A DNA stretch of 64,000 bases from Vicugna vicugna (taxonomy: Eukaryota), in assembly GCA_013265495.1 (NCBI GenBank), contig MU057711.1, positions 1,550,001-1,614,000 on the forward strand, given 5' to 3'. Below, in pieces: positions 50,210 through 63,350 of the stretch. The notes beneath the pieces are model-generated. The model searched no databases and was not told the origin of the DNA. It was given only the letters and a program-made list of their open reading frames with translations. How positions within the stretch are numbered: the stretch's first letter is position 1; the number at the start of each line of letters is the position of its first letter. Position numbers and translations under genes: made by a program.

Positions 50210-50790
50210 AAAAATCTTTGCATTTCAAAATTATTATTACACTTCGTTAATCACCTTGAGATTCTTTTCGCAAAACATTGAAAGCCAGATCATAATTTGA
50301 TGGTGAAATATTGATTACGCATCTACATTTATACACAGAGGTCTGCACTGTATAGATAGAGCACCCACCCTGTAATATCTTCTATTTAAGTCAATACGAA
50401 GATTGATGTTTCCCCCAGGCAAGTTTTGATAACGTACTTGGGTCGATACAAAAAGACATCAATGCCAATGCAAATCAACCCCCGCTTACTGGTTTGGGTT
50501 GCCTCTCCTGCACGCAGCTGCTGGCTCCAAGGGGGCTTCCAAACACCAGGAGCTCCCAGCCAGTTTGCATATATCTTCATTTACACCATGTGAGTGGAAA
50601 ATGTCAGGGGACTGGCCGGGGGGGCTGCCCACTCCCACTCCGGAGTGGAATCATCAAATCGGGAAGGGAATGAAAATAAAAGCAAACACAACCTGTAAAC
50701 AAATCTGGGAGGTGCTTTATTACTGTCATTAGCAATGCACTTGCCCTCTCTTGCTTTCAAAAAGAGTAACATTAACACAGCAGAGGGACC
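50210..50790. promoter_or_regulatory. Candidate conserved non-coding element / enhancer
   Basis: No recognisable transposon, retained CpGs, ATGCAAAT at 50468-50475, plus TGATTA, TTTATTAC and CTGTCA motifs. Confidence 0.45.
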
Positions 50791-51054
50791 AAGAAGCATC
50801 TCCATCCTTGTCAGGTTCTCAGGATAGGATGAGGGCTAGGTCTGGTCTTGACTGTGGGCATCTGCTGTGTCTGCCTGTCCAGCACTTACTTATTCCCGCC
50901 TGGAACTCCATGTATTCAGTACTTCCTAAAAATCTCACTTATTCTCTGCCTTCTCCACCAGAAAGCAAGGTCGAAAAGGGCAGAGTTTTTCATTTGTTTT
51001 GCTTACTGCTGCATTTCCAGTGTCTGGATGTTGAATTAATTTCTTTCTGCTTCT

Positions 51055-51500
51055 GCTTCATTCATTCATCCAACAAATTGAGCAACTACTATGTGACAAG
51101 ACTCTGCTGGGTTCTCGGTGAACAAAACATTGTTCTTGGTGAAAAAAAATGGTGAACAAAACTGATATTCTAGTGGGCTAGAAAGCAGTAGGGATAATAA
51201 ATAAGTACCATACAGAGCAGGTTCAGGGCAGTAATTGCTATGGAGTGGGTAGGGGATGAGCAGAGTAAGGACTGCGGATGCTGGGGAGATGGATTCTGAT
51301 TTTAAATGGGTGGTCACATACAGCCTCAGAAGGTAAAACAGAGCAAAGTTTTGTAGGAGGTAAGGGAATGAGGGATGCAGCTGTGGAGGGGAGAAGGTAG
51401 GAATTTCCAGGCACTTGGAGTGGTGCAAATATCCTGAGGCAGGAGTAGGCCTGGTTTATTTAAGGAACAGAAAAAAGTGAGTGGCTAGACTGGAGTAATA
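51055..51500 (-). mobile_element. LINE2 3' region
   Basis: TTCATTCATTCATCCAACAAATTGAGCAACTACTATGTG...CCTGAGGCAGGA. Confidence 0.8.
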
Positions 51501-52359
51501 TTTGGGATTAAATTGATGATGCTGAGGCTTCTAGGAGCCACCTTGCCCCCAGCAGCCACCTCATGGGGAAAGCCCACATGAAGAGTAAGCAGAGTGACAC
51601 AGAGGCTCCTGGATCCCACCATGCCTGAAGCAACTTCTACACGACATCATTCAGTGCTTGAGCCAATATATTTCCTTTTTAATGTCACTTGTAACTGAAG
51701 GAGGCCTGATAAAACACTCTGAAACCAGGTGCCTAGGATGCTTGAGTTGCTGTGCTAATGGTGGGTCCCAAAGATACCAGTTGGCTGGCTCTGGGGTGGT
51801 GGGAAATCCAGCCTGGGAGGGCGGGGCCTCGAAGCCATCTGTGCAGGGGAGGCCTGCACAGCTGACAAGTGAGAAGGAACCTTTCAAATCTGCAATTTTC
51901 AAGTGTCAGAAGGATATTGTGCCACTCCTCTGACACTCAGCGTCTTAGGCAGATTCTCCCCATTTCCATCAACACGTCTGCTGGGTGAGGTGTAGCCTGT
52001 GCACCCGCATGACCCAGAACCCACAACTGAGAATGAGAAATCCAGGTGTTAGCTTGTTCAACAAGTCACAGTTGAAGGACCAGACAGGCCCTTCTTCCTC
52101 AGTTACCGAAGTTGACACAATGCTTTCAAAGGATTCTATTCAATTCAACAGGCGCTTTGAGCAACTGTTCTTTAAGATAACGGAGAGGCAGAGAAACACA
52201 CGACTTGGTCTGTCCCCTCAAAAGATAATCTAGTGGGTGAGGAGCGCTTTTATCCATTTTGTTCACATGTATCCCATGCTAAAAGCAAGACACTAGGTGC
52301 TGGGGTAGGGATTCCAAAAGCTAGGGAAGGACAGACCTCCACGGGGGATACTGATGTGT

Positions 52360-52860
52360 GATCACTCACCAGTATTCATCCAGCAAGTGTGAAGTAAGTG
52401 CTTCCACTGCACCCAGCACTCTTAGGCATCAAGGATACAGCAACCAGCAAGATGGGCAAGGTCCCAGTTCACGTGGAGCTTACGTTCCTGTGGAGAATGA
52501 AGGTAATAAACTGAAACTACTGTTTTTAAAAGGATGGTTTCGGAAACTGACAAATGCAGCAAGGAAAATATATTCCAATGAGAGACACTGGGAGCGCGGG
52601 GCAAGAGGGAGCAGTCAGGGAAGGCTGAGCGGAGACCCATGCGCTGGGGAGGAGCCAGTCCACGGGGATTCAGGGGAAGTCCTGTGGGCAGAGGGAATGG
52701 TGAGGGCAAAGGCCTGAGCAGGGGCAGGCTTGGCCTCCCTGAGGATCAGAATCAAGGCCGTGTGTTTGGAGCTTAGCGGGTGATGAGGAGAGTTGGGAGG
52801 TGAGTTCAGGATGAGCGGGGCCAGGTCATGGGGAGGTAGAGTTTTATCCTAAGTGCCAGC
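52360..52860 (-). mobile_element. LINE2 3' region
   Basis: ATTCATCCAGCAAG...GGAGCTTACGTTC...GGCAGAGGGAATGG.GAG.GCAAAGGCCTGAG. Confidence 0.7.
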
Positions 52861-55800
52861 ACCTTTATTTCAGGGTGATGTTGGCATATTTCCACTCAGA
52901 TAAATTCTCATTCTCACCTTGGCGGATCATTTGGGGAGAAACAAGAAATGTACCCAGCAATGCAAAAAGAAGAGGAGGAGGGTTCTACAATTTCTCCAGA
53001 TACAAACAATAGCACTTCGTTTTTTTGAAAGAGAAGAAAGCCTGCAAATAAACAGAGCCCACAACCAGAAGTACAGGAGGCCACAGCAGAGGAGGAAACC
53101 ACACCGTGCATGACACAAGTGAGCAGCAAGTTCGAGGCGAGAGCAGTTCATACTGGGTGGAGGGACTGGGGCAGAGCAGGTGGGCCTGGAAGGACATGGG
53201 AGGCTGACTCCCCAGAAGTGGGAGAGATGTGCCTGTTCTGGGAGGCAGCAGCATGGGATGAGGGTGCAGCAAGCTGTCCAGGAGGACCATGGGTGGAGGT
53301 TGGGGTTGAAAGGGAGGGAGGAGGGTGGAGTGTTGGGAGGAGCTTTGAAGTCAAATGGCTGCCATAGGCCTTGTGTAGCTCCCTCAGCTTCTGCCCTCCT
53401 GGGGAGCCCCAGTCCTGGGCCCAGAGGAGGTCTCACCAGGCCTCTGCTTAGCATCTGGGTTGTGACATCCGTCAGGCCGCAGGAAGGGTGAGGTCCCAGG
53501 CTTATAGCAAATCACACATCTAGTCCTTGGCAGTGACTGCTGTGTTTTTGGCAGTTGGGAAAACATGAAAGAGATTCACTTCTCTGTAGCAGCTACAGTG
53601 ATGAGCAGGAGAAAGTAACTAGAAAGGGCAAACATGCCCTTCGCCTACTCAGCTCATAAACCAGGGGAGAGGCTGAGCCCTGGGACTTGGGGAGGAGAGG
53701 AAGCCCTCTGCTGTGCCCAGGCTGCAGACCTGGAGTCAGGGTTGGCCCGACCTGTGGGGTGGCTCCCCCGGCTCCAGCTCCCGGGGCCCTCTGGCTGAGA
53801 TTTCCTAACATTGTGGGCTTGGAGGAGCTGGAGGGGCCAGGAAGCTGGCGCCTTAGAGAAGCAGGATTGGGTTGTGGTCAAGAGAATGGACTCTGGACTC
53901 TTAATGACATCAGTTCAGTTCCAGAATGGCTGTCATCCTAACGTGAGGGTAGCACCAGTGAGGCTGAAACCAACCTATAAGATGTTACAGAAAGAGGCCA
54001 GCAGCATGAGGAAGGGGCCAATGCGAGGGGGCCAGCCCCAGGTTTCCACCACACAAAGAGAAGCTGCCCTGAACTCCAAAGCAGGTAAGAAGGGCAGTAG
54101 CTTGAGTCTCTCAGGTGGGTCCCCTGCTAGCAGGCACAAGTCGGGGGGCAGAGTCCAAAAGTGAAGTGTTAGTGGATTGCTTCCAGCATTATCTGGGGCA
54201 GAGTGGGGTCTCCATTACTGAAAAAGCCTGAATAAAACCTCTATCCCAACAGCCATCATAGTTTGAAGACAATGTCATTCAACCTATGAGCTCCCTAACT
54301 CTAGTTTTGTGTCCAAGCATCTTTCTTGTTTCAAATTAGCTTCCTATGTCATGTGCCAGAGAGAGCGTGTGGACAGAAAGGGAACCATTTCCTTCAGCAG
54401 GCACGCTTCTCATTAATAAGCCAACTTTCCATTCTCTGTCTGTCTGTCTGTCTCTCTCTCTCTGTGTCTCTGTCTCTCTCTCTCTCTGGCTATGTTCACT
54501 GTGAAGGGAGTGGTGTGGATTATGAATTCTGTCTCCCAGGTGTGGATTAAATGAAACACCAGGCGATGTCCCTACAGTTCCAACCTCCAAAATAAATGTT
54601 GCTTCCCCACAGCAACCCTGTCTCCTTCCTCTTCTCCTGTACTCACTCTGCTCCACCCCTCCTGGTACGTCAGAGCTCAACAGAATCAGGTCAGAGCTAG
54701 AAGGATCCTGACAGCCCACTGAAAGCAATGACTTCTGCACTGAGATTTCACAGAAGTAGCACTGGGTTCTGTGAATTCCTGGCAAAAGTTCAGAAAACCT
54801 AAGGGAATCCACACATTAGCCGATAATGAGGCCACACAGACTAACTAAAGCATCAACCACCTCATTATACTGGGAGGCTTAATACTGTTTTTATTGCACA
54901 ATCACTTCTAAATGTCTTTTATTAATAAAATTGGAGAAATGAATTAGTTATTCTTTAATAAGTGCAGTGTGTTTAGTTGGCAAAATCTTTACAAAGATGG
55001 GGAACCATGAGTGGTGAGAATACTGAAAAATGTCCTTGTTCTGCACGGTTGGAAAACACCACGCTGCCACCCCACCTGCTACTCCCCATTTTACAAATGA
55101 AGAAACTAGGGGGACAAAAAAACCCATACTGTTCCTCAAGTTTCAAGTTTCTAGTTCCCTTAAACTCTTAGGCTATTCTGTAACCCCCTATAGCCTATGC
55201 CAGCTAGAATCATGAGTCTCTCTAGATTCTGCTTGCTTTTTTCTCTTAATTCATTCAAACCTCACTGAGTGATAGGTCCGGCCCTTGAAGTCAATATTAA
55301 ACATAAGTATGAATTGTCCTCAGTTCACCTGCTATTCTTGTTGGGAGCAGCGAGGAGTTTCAATATTTTTCAAGTGGGGAAGAGGGGATGTAAGACAACA
55401 GCCCTACTACACCAATAGTTTCTCCACATTATTTAATCATCGCAACAATCCCATGAGGAAAGTATAATTTTTCATTTTACAGAGAAGAAAATTAGTATTT
55501 GGAGAACTTGAAGAGATTTTCCAAGGGAACAAATATTTAGAAGTAAAGCCCAGTTCTAATGTTTAAGTCCAGGCTCATTCCATGACAAGGTTCTGTAAAC
55601 ACCACTGGATCCAGCACCATGGTCAGAGGCAGACCCCACCCCAACCCCACCCCAACCCCACTCCACCCCAGAGCCTTCACTGCAAAAGGGCTGGAGACAA
55701 AGAGGGTGGTAAGATGGATATTGAGTCCCAGGGAAGAGCTCTAACTACAAAAATGCCTGAACTAATAAGAAGGGGGCCAGGACCATGGAAAGACCCATCA

Positions 55801-56774
55801 TCATAATCTCTTCACATCCTCATCAAACTGCTCTTCTTAGAACCATTTTCTATCCTCCCACCAACTATTTGAGCTAGGACAAGCATTGTCACCTGTAAAA
55901 TACCATTCCCAGACTGTCACCCGGAGTTTTTGTAAAACACAGATGAATCAGTGGATGTAAAAGTTATCTGAAATTCATAAAAATTCACTGTTAAGGAAAC
56001 AACTGTAACAGATCAACCCTCAAATCCCAGTGGCTTAACACAATAGACATTTGTATCTGGCTTGTGTAAAGTCCCAAACGCGGATTCCTGATAGTCATGA
56101 AGCTAGCCGCCAAGAGTGATTCTGGTACCCAGAGTTCTTCCTCCTTGTGGTTCTGCCACCTTCCAACATGGCCTCTAAGGTCACTGTGTTTTCTGATCGA
56201 GCTAAAGGGAAAAATCATGATGAATACCCGGGGAGATTGTCATAAGCTGAGTCTGGAAGTGCCACACATCACTTTTGCTCACATTCTGTTGGTTAGAACC
56301 CAGCTCATGGCCAAACCTAAGTGGGGCTGGCAGGTGTGGTCTAGCTGTGGGTGCAGGAAGTTGAGGAGATAAGTTTTGATAAACACAGTACAAACCTGAG
56401 AAGTTGTCACAGTCACGTTATTCTTAGTCCCATTTGAGAGCTTGCGATTGTGAATAAACTAAGGGCCAACCATGTAAAATGCCTTGACTCCTGAGCTTGC
56501 ACTGGGTGAACTCCACACGTGGGTCATCTCGGATTTCACAGCTGGGCATCTTGCAACCTCCATGATACAAAAGCAGGGGAAATTTTCATAAGCTAGAGCT
56601 GTTAGATCATTAGATTCCCCCAGGAAGACATATATACATAGATGTATCAAATATAGGCATATCTATCTATCTACCTATCTACAGGTAAGTAGGTAGGTAG
56701 ATCAATCTACATTCCTGGAGATTCTAATCCAGCTACCTGGCGCGGACCTGGGAATGTGTTTTTAACCACAGGGG

Positions 56775-57335
56775 ATTTGTCAGGACTCTTTAAGTTGCAA
56801 TTGACAGAAATCCAACACACATGGTCTTAAGCAAGAAAGGAAAGGCATTGGTTCCTGTAGCTGCGCTGGAGTAGGACTCCTTTGGGGCACAGCTGGATAG
56901 TCTTGAACAGTCTCACTGGGACACTCCCCACCTCTCCATCTCTCACTTGATCTCTTCAGCAGAGGATCCATTTCTCCCCTCATGGGTCAAGGTGGCCGCC
57001 AGCAGCTGCAGGCATACCTTTTTATCCACAGCCCCAAGAGAACAGCTTTTTCTCAGTAAAAGTCCTATAATTTATCCCTTTGGCACTAATTGTCCTGGCT
57101 TAGGTCCCCTGCCTATCCCTAAACCAATCACTGTGACCTGGAAGATGATATCCTCTCACTGTCCAGGTCATAAGCCTGGGTTGTGAGCCCTCCTCAAATC
57201 TAGGGGTGAGATCTGCTCATACCACACACATGGACTAGTGTGCAGCAGGGGTGGTTCCCCAAGAACTACTGGGGTGCCATTCTCAAAAGAAGGGGGACAG
57301 GGAATGTGTGCTGGGCAAGAGTCAGCAGCAGGATT
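56775..57335. mobile_element. MLT1-type LTR
   Basis: TGTCAGGACTCTT.AGTTGCAA.TGACAGAAATCCAAC...CCTAAACCAATCACTGTG...GTGCTGGGCA. Confidence 0.7.
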
Positions 57336-59059
57336 CTCATACACTAGGCCGTGGGAGCTGGGAGAAACGTGGAAGCACTGAGCTTGAGACTCCCCCCTGG
57401 GCTATAGGAAAGTCCCTGAGACCTGCAGGGAGGGCTCTGCTCACCAAGCTGCCCGATGCCTTCCCACCCCCACCCCAGGCCCCTGTGGATTACTCCATCC
57501 ATTGTACATACGAAACTGGTACGAGCCTCCAGGCTTCCCTTGTCAGAAGGACAGAAGTGGGCTTGGCCCCTTCACTCAGCACCTCCCTCCCAGCAGCCCT
57601 ACCCCGACAGGCCTCGCCCCCCTCCCAAGGTCTAGTGCTTGGCTGCTAGTGGCACCAAGGGCTTTAGCTGATGATGACTTAAAGCAGAGGTTTATGGCCT
57701 GAGGCTTATGGGAAATAAAGAACCCACAAATCCCTAAATCTAAATTCAACTCTCTGAGTGTATGTACATAATGTACACGAGTGTTTCGTCTCTCCACCCA
57801 GGAAAAAGAAATCCACAACTTTCATCAAATTATCTGAGAAGACTTATCCAAAAAAAAAATGAATCACCAATGCCAATTGTGGCTTCTCTAGGCATTTCTT
57901 CAAGTATTCAATGGTGAAGTTTCATGTACCATAATATGCATTTTGGAGAAGCAGGGAGACACAGGCTAACTTGAAATGATTTTCTTACATAAAGGTTTCC
58001 CCAAATGGGTTCCTTCGAAGATGAGTTGATGTGATCTTATGTCTAAAGAGAGAAACAAAAACATTTTCATGTTCATCCTAATTAGGGGAAAGTCTGGGTT
58101 AAATGAGCTTAAATAGGCCTTTTTTTCTGCAGGATTTCTCAGGGCCTTTAATAGTCTGATGTGTTTTGTGACTCTTCAGGAGGGGTTATAGTAGGCAGTG
58201 TTTCCCAAACTTATGTAACACAAACACTGTCTTGCATGGGTTTTTTCTTTGTTTGCAGCATTCTATTAAACATGCCCTTGAACATGGACTCAAGGGTTAT
58301 CCATTTGGCACCCCTCTGGTCCTCAGGGATGTGTTTGTGCTGGTGACTTTGAGTTTGTGCTGCTGTGAAGAGGTCTGGCAGCAGGCATCCAAAAGCTTCA
58401 GAAAGGGGATGATAATTAGGAGAAATCATTCTCTGTTCTTTGCCTGAGTTAGAGCAAAGGAGGTGCCAGTAAGTTCGTGAGACTCCCTGGCGTTTCTGGG
58501 GGGAGTCTGTGAGCTGTGAAGTCTCAGGTGGGAAGAGCAAGGGACTGGAGTCAGCACGCCTTGTGTCTCTGCCACTAACTGGATGTGTAATTCAGTGGAC
58601 TTAACCTCTGTGAGCTTCAGCCTGTTATCTCTAAAAGGGTTTGATGCAAGGATTCAGTGAGATCGTATAGGGCACGCTCAGTGTCTGGCACTCAGGAATG
58701 CCCACCCATAGGTAGCCGAGGCAGAGGACTGTACAATTTCCTTTGCTCTGGCAGCTGTAGGAAATTCTCCCACTGTCCTCAACTACCTTCTCCTCTTGCC
58801 TCGACCATCTCCCACCTGCTCTTGACAGCTCCCCATCTCTCCCCCTCCATGTCCTCTGGCTGCTCCAGTTACCTCCAAATACTGCTAACTAACCCTCTTC
58901 CCTGCCCTCTTGTGGCAGCTGACGGGGTGGCAATGGGACCATGATGTCCTTCCAAGATGGCTCCTTCCCACCTGCCTCAGCATCTCCCCTGGCACCACCT
59001 TGGGCCAATGAGCCACAGGGAAATGAGTGCAGAGGCTGTTGGCTGACACTGAGACTGCA

Positions 59060-59330
59060 CTTAAGGTCACCCTTTGTGATGTGTTACCAAGAGTGAACAA
59101 ATCCACACCGTGTCTATTCTATCAAAGCTTGTTTCTATCTGCATCTGTCATCGCTGATTGCATTTGAATGGGTTTAGTCTGTATTTTAAATAAAAGATTT
59201 ATGCCTTAGCTGTCAGAGCCTGCCTTTATTTGAAAATTTAATCTTGTTTCTAGGAGTCTAGATTAACTTATTAGATTTAGGCGTCCCTCGTGTGTCTCTG
59301 AGAGAAAAGGAGTGGATTCTCCTCTGTATA
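59060..59330. promoter_or_regulatory. Candidate conserved non-coding element / enhancer
   Basis: AT-rich island in a GC-rich neighbourhood with no repeat signature. ATCAAAG at 59121-59127, two CTGTCA sites, plus TTTATG, TTAATC and GATTAA motifs. Confidence 0.55.
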
Positions 59331-59589
59331 CAGCCCTGCACTTGCCACACAGTGGAAGCCAAGGGCTGGGTGGGCGTCACCGTCCAGCAAACCAAGGCAG
59401 GACCGAGGCTCCCATCTTGGACAGCTTTATTTGATAACCTTGTGTCCAAGGAGAATTTTTCTCGCTATTAGCTTGGAGGCCTGTGTTCCCTGCCAGGGCC
59501 CTCCCTCTCTCTCTGTCTCTCCCTCCCTCTTTCCTTTTCTCTCTCCCTCCTTTTCCCTCTCTCCTTGTCTCCTTGTCGCCCTCTCTGTC

Positions 59590-59969
59590 TGCAATGAACT
59601 GAATTTTGCCCCCTAAATTCATATGTTAAATCCCTAACGCCAATGTGACTGTATTTGGAAAGAGGGTCTTTAGGAGGGCATTAAAAGGTTATATGAAGTC
59701 ATAAGGGTGGGACCCTGATCCGATAGGACTGGCTGCCTTATATGAATAGGAAACCACCCCCCCCACCACCACCACATTTATACACTAAGAAAGGCCCTGT
59801 GAGCACAGTGAGATGGCGGCAGCTACAAGCCAAGAGACGAGGCCTCAGTGAAACCTGCCTTGCTGGCACCTTGACCTTGGACTTGCCAGCCTCCAAAACC
59901 ATAAGCAATTTCTGTTGTCAAGCCATCCAATCTACGGTGTTTTGTTATGGCAGTCCAAACAGACTAACA
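59590..59969 (+). mobile_element. MLT1A/B-type MaLR LTR
   Basis: TG.AATGAACTGAAT...AAATTCATATGTT.AA.CCCTAAC.CCAATGTGACTGTATTTGGA...TTTGTTATGGCAG.CC.AACAGACTAACA. Confidence 0.85.
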
Positions 59970-60164
59970 TTCTTTCTCTCTCTCCCCCCACTTCCCCTCC
60001 CTCCATCCCCCGAAGTCCCTGACTTTCCCGTAGCACCCACGCCATCTGCTGGTCAGTCTCAGGTTAGCAGGCAAGGTTTAGGCTTCAGAGAGGCCCTCAG
60101 CCCCTTCCTCAGACACAAACACAGAAACACACAAACACACACACACACACACACACACACCCCC

Positions 60165-60354
60165 CAGCCAAGGCCTCACACCACCTCTCATTCACCATCC
60201 CACATAACCAAAGTCTGGCACACCTCAATTCCTGACAATGCACTAACACGTGTTTTCAGCAGCCAAGGCCTCACACCACCTCTCGTTCACCATCCCACAT
60301 AACCAAAGCCTGGCACACCTCAATTCCTGACAATGCACTAACACGTGTTTTCAG
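60165..60354. repeat. 95-bp tandem duplication (2 copies) next to a (CA)n tract
   Basis: 60165-60259 and 60260-60354 differ at only two positions by eye. Confidence 0.95.
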
Positions 60355-60925
60355 TCAGGGCCACAACTGACCCATCTCCTTCCCAGCCCCCATTCCCACC
60401 TACTCACTCACTGCCCGGCAGACAGTAGGTGCTCACTAAGTGTTCCTTGAATGACTGAGGGAAGATGTCCCCTTTTGGGGGCTCTGAACTCAGGAAGGGG
60501 GACGTGTCTTCTTCCTGGGGGGCCCATCGCACACACACTCACACGGGGATTGCACAGACTCCCGCCTGCACAGGCTACAAGATAACGGACTGGAAACGCC
60601 GTCTCCTGCCTCATTAAGTGGTCCCAAACCCAGTGCTGCCAAACAATCCAGAGCAGAGAACATGCATCTCTTGGTTTGTCACTTGGCAAAACAACCCCAA
60701 AGGAAGGAAGACACAGGGCCTGTCTCCATAATTCAGCTGCCTCAGAAGGAACTGTTATCTGAGGGGCTAATTAAGATGGATCTCTCCAAGACGAGAGGAA
60801 ACCCCAGCTTCAGCTTGCCAACATAGAGGCTGCCCCATCACTCCAGGTCCTCAATCAGCCCATGGAGGCAGGGGGAGAGGAGGCTCCTGCGCCAGCGTGC
60901 TCAGCCAGGCTCGTTTCATCCTCAT

Positions 60926-61765
60926 CAGGACAGGACGAGGGTGAGGAGAGCAAGGCAGTCACCGGGGACACAGATTTTAAGGGGGCGTCACCACAAACAG
61001 GATAATGCAAGATGAGTATTATCCATCCTTCCCTTGGCCTCAGGCTCTCCTGTGGCTCAGCGCCGTTCTGTTTCTGGCTCGTCTTTATTTCACTTTTTGA
61101 TAGATCATGGACTTTTGGGCGTGAATTTTGCTTTTAAAAAATAATACTGCATTAATGAAAGTGAGGACTTAGGTATCTGCACTCCTGTATTCATAGCAGC
61201 ATTACTCACCATAGCTGAAAGGTAGAAAGCAACCCATGTGTCCATTGACCAAAGAATGGATAAACAAAATGTGGCCTATCCACAATGGAATTTTATTCCT
61301 CCTGAAAAAGGAAGGAAATTCTGACATGTGGTACAGCATGGAACAGCCTCAAGGACGTTATGCTAAGTGAAAGAAGCCAGTCACAAAAAGACAAATGCTG
61401 TGTGATTCCACTTATACGAAGTACCTAGAGGAGTCAGATTCAGAGAGATGGAAAGTAGAGTTACCCCTGGGGCTGGGGGAGCAGGGAATAGGGAGTTAGT
61501 GTTTCAAGAGTACAGAGTTTCAACTGGGAAAGATGAATGGATGATGGTGGAAATGGATGGTGCTGATGGTTGTACAGCAATATGAACATGCTTCATGCCA
61601 CTGACCTGAACACTTAAAATGGTAAATTTGATGTATGTTGTATACATTTTATCACAATAAAAAAGACTGCATTACAATACTACTGATCATAATTGCTGAC
61701 TCTTTTGGTGCCCTCTGAAACTTTGTCTGAGTTAAGTACCTCTTGCCTCACCCTCGTCTGACACC
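60926..61765. mobile_element. hAT-type MITE with terminal inverted repeats, interrupted by an L1
   Basis: Left end GACGAGGGTGAGG.GAG.AAGGCA...TTTTAAGGGGGCG pairs with right end GGTGCCCTCTGAAA...TTGCCTCACCCTCGTC. Confidence 0.6.
61155..61665 (+). mobile_element. L1MB-type 3' end
   Basis: TTCATAGCAGCATTA.TCAC.ATAGC...GAATGGATAAACAAAATGTGG...CACAATAAAAAA. TSD ACTGCATTA at 61146-61154 and 61666-61674. Confidence 0.88.
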
Positions 61766-63010
61766 AAATTAATTCCTCACATTGTTTTCATCTTACAGAT
61801 GACAGAACAGAGCCTGAGGGATGTTAGAGGCCTGCCTGGAGTCACCTAGAAAACTACAGGTAAGCGAGGAACTCAAAAGCCAAGCGCCCAGCTCCCAGCT
61901 AAGGATTTAGTACAATACAGTTCCCTCTGGCTGCCCAACCCAAGGCATTTCCAGGGAATTCTGTCTACACCACCATCCTTCTGGAGTCAGCTATTCAATG
62001 AGTGGAGTCTTATACAACAAATAAGGGCCTCAGCGGACCCAGAGACCCTGGGGCTCAGCCACACCCCACCCTCTCCGCTTATGAAGATTCTTCTCCCAAC
62101 AGCTACAACTCTCTGCTCTTGAAGAGAAATCTCTAGGACTGTGGTCAAGTCCATTTTCATACTCACTGACTATAACAATGGCTGCTACTTTTTCTGCAAC
62201 ATCTAGCCCCCTCCTTCATCAGTAACAGAACATATATTTAACTGGCACAGATTGCATAGAATAAAGCCTCCATTTCTTAGCTTCCCTTGCTAGCTGGGGG
62301 TACCAACACACCTTGGATCTGGCCCCAAACCTGGAAGCAGAGGCATCACGTGCAGCTTCAAAGATGTGTCCTTAAAGAGAGCAGAACCTCGCCTTCTCCT
62401 CCTTTCCTCCTTTCTTTTGGCTGGAAGGGTGGGTATGATGGCTGGAGCCTGTGCTGCCATATTGGAGGATGGTGGAGCACAGGATAGAAGGGGACCAGGT
62501 CCCAGGGTCACAGCAGCCCTGGATCACCCGCCTGCATACTTCTGTTAGAGGTTTAGTTCCTAGCAAGACACAAGTCACAAGCTGTGGAGCAGATGAGCTG
62601 ACCCAGCTCCCTCTCCGCAGGGCAAGGCTCTTTCTCTATGTAGATCAATTCCCAGCCCTTCCTGGTCATTTCTGGAACATCTCCTAATGAATTACCTTTA
62701 CAGGAGTCTTGGATGCAGGGTCTATTTCTAGAAACCCAACCTGTGACTCCCCTTCCTCCCCATTTGGTCTTTCACAGCCCAGATGATGTCCAGCTGGGCT
62801 GTAGTATACAGTGGGCCCCAAGGATCATTCCAGACCATCCACCACATACTTCTGTAAACAAGAAAGAAAGTTCTACCAAGCTTAAGCCACTGCTGTGTAA
62901 ACTTGGGCAAGTCTCCTAGTCCCTCTTGCTTTAAGTTTCCCCTCTGTGAAATGCAGATAAAGCCCAATGAGAAAACAGATATGAATGCATTATGGAAACC
63001 ATAAGAAGTA

Positions 63011-63350
63011 TGTTATGGATGGAATGTGTCCCCCTCACCCCATCCACCAAATTCGTACATTGAAATCCTAACCCCTAGTGTGATGGTGTTAGGAGGTGGG
63101 CCCTTTAGGGGAAGGAATTAGGTCATGATGGGATCAGCGCCCTTGTAAGAACATGAGAGAGCTCTCTTCCTCCCTCTGCTCTTTGCCATGTGAGGACCCA
63201 GCAAGAAGACAGCCGTCTGCAAAGCAGGCAGAGAGCCCTCACAAGAACCTGACCACGCTGGTACCCAGATCTCAGGTTTCCCAGCCTCCAGAACCGTGAG
63301 AAATAAAGCCCTGTTCCTTAAGCCTCCAGTCCACAATGCTTTTGTAAGAC
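63011..63350 (+). mobile_element. MLT1A-type MaLR LTR
   Basis: TGTTATGGA.GGAATGTGTCCCC...TGAAATCCTAACCCC.AGTGTGATGG...CCAGCCTCCAGAACCGTGAGAAATAAA. Confidence 0.85.

Noticed and set aside
52914..53566. Cluster of overlapping ORFs on both strands
   Set aside because: No consistent codon bias, splice structure or recognisable protein similarity. GC-rich background.
59742..60302. 186-aa ORF, longest in the track
   Set aside because: Spans an MLT1 LTR, low-complexity sequence, a CA repeat and the tandem duplication. Chance open frame.
60165..60354. CRISPR-like repeat array
   Set aside because: Only two adjacent copies with no spacers, in mammalian DNA.
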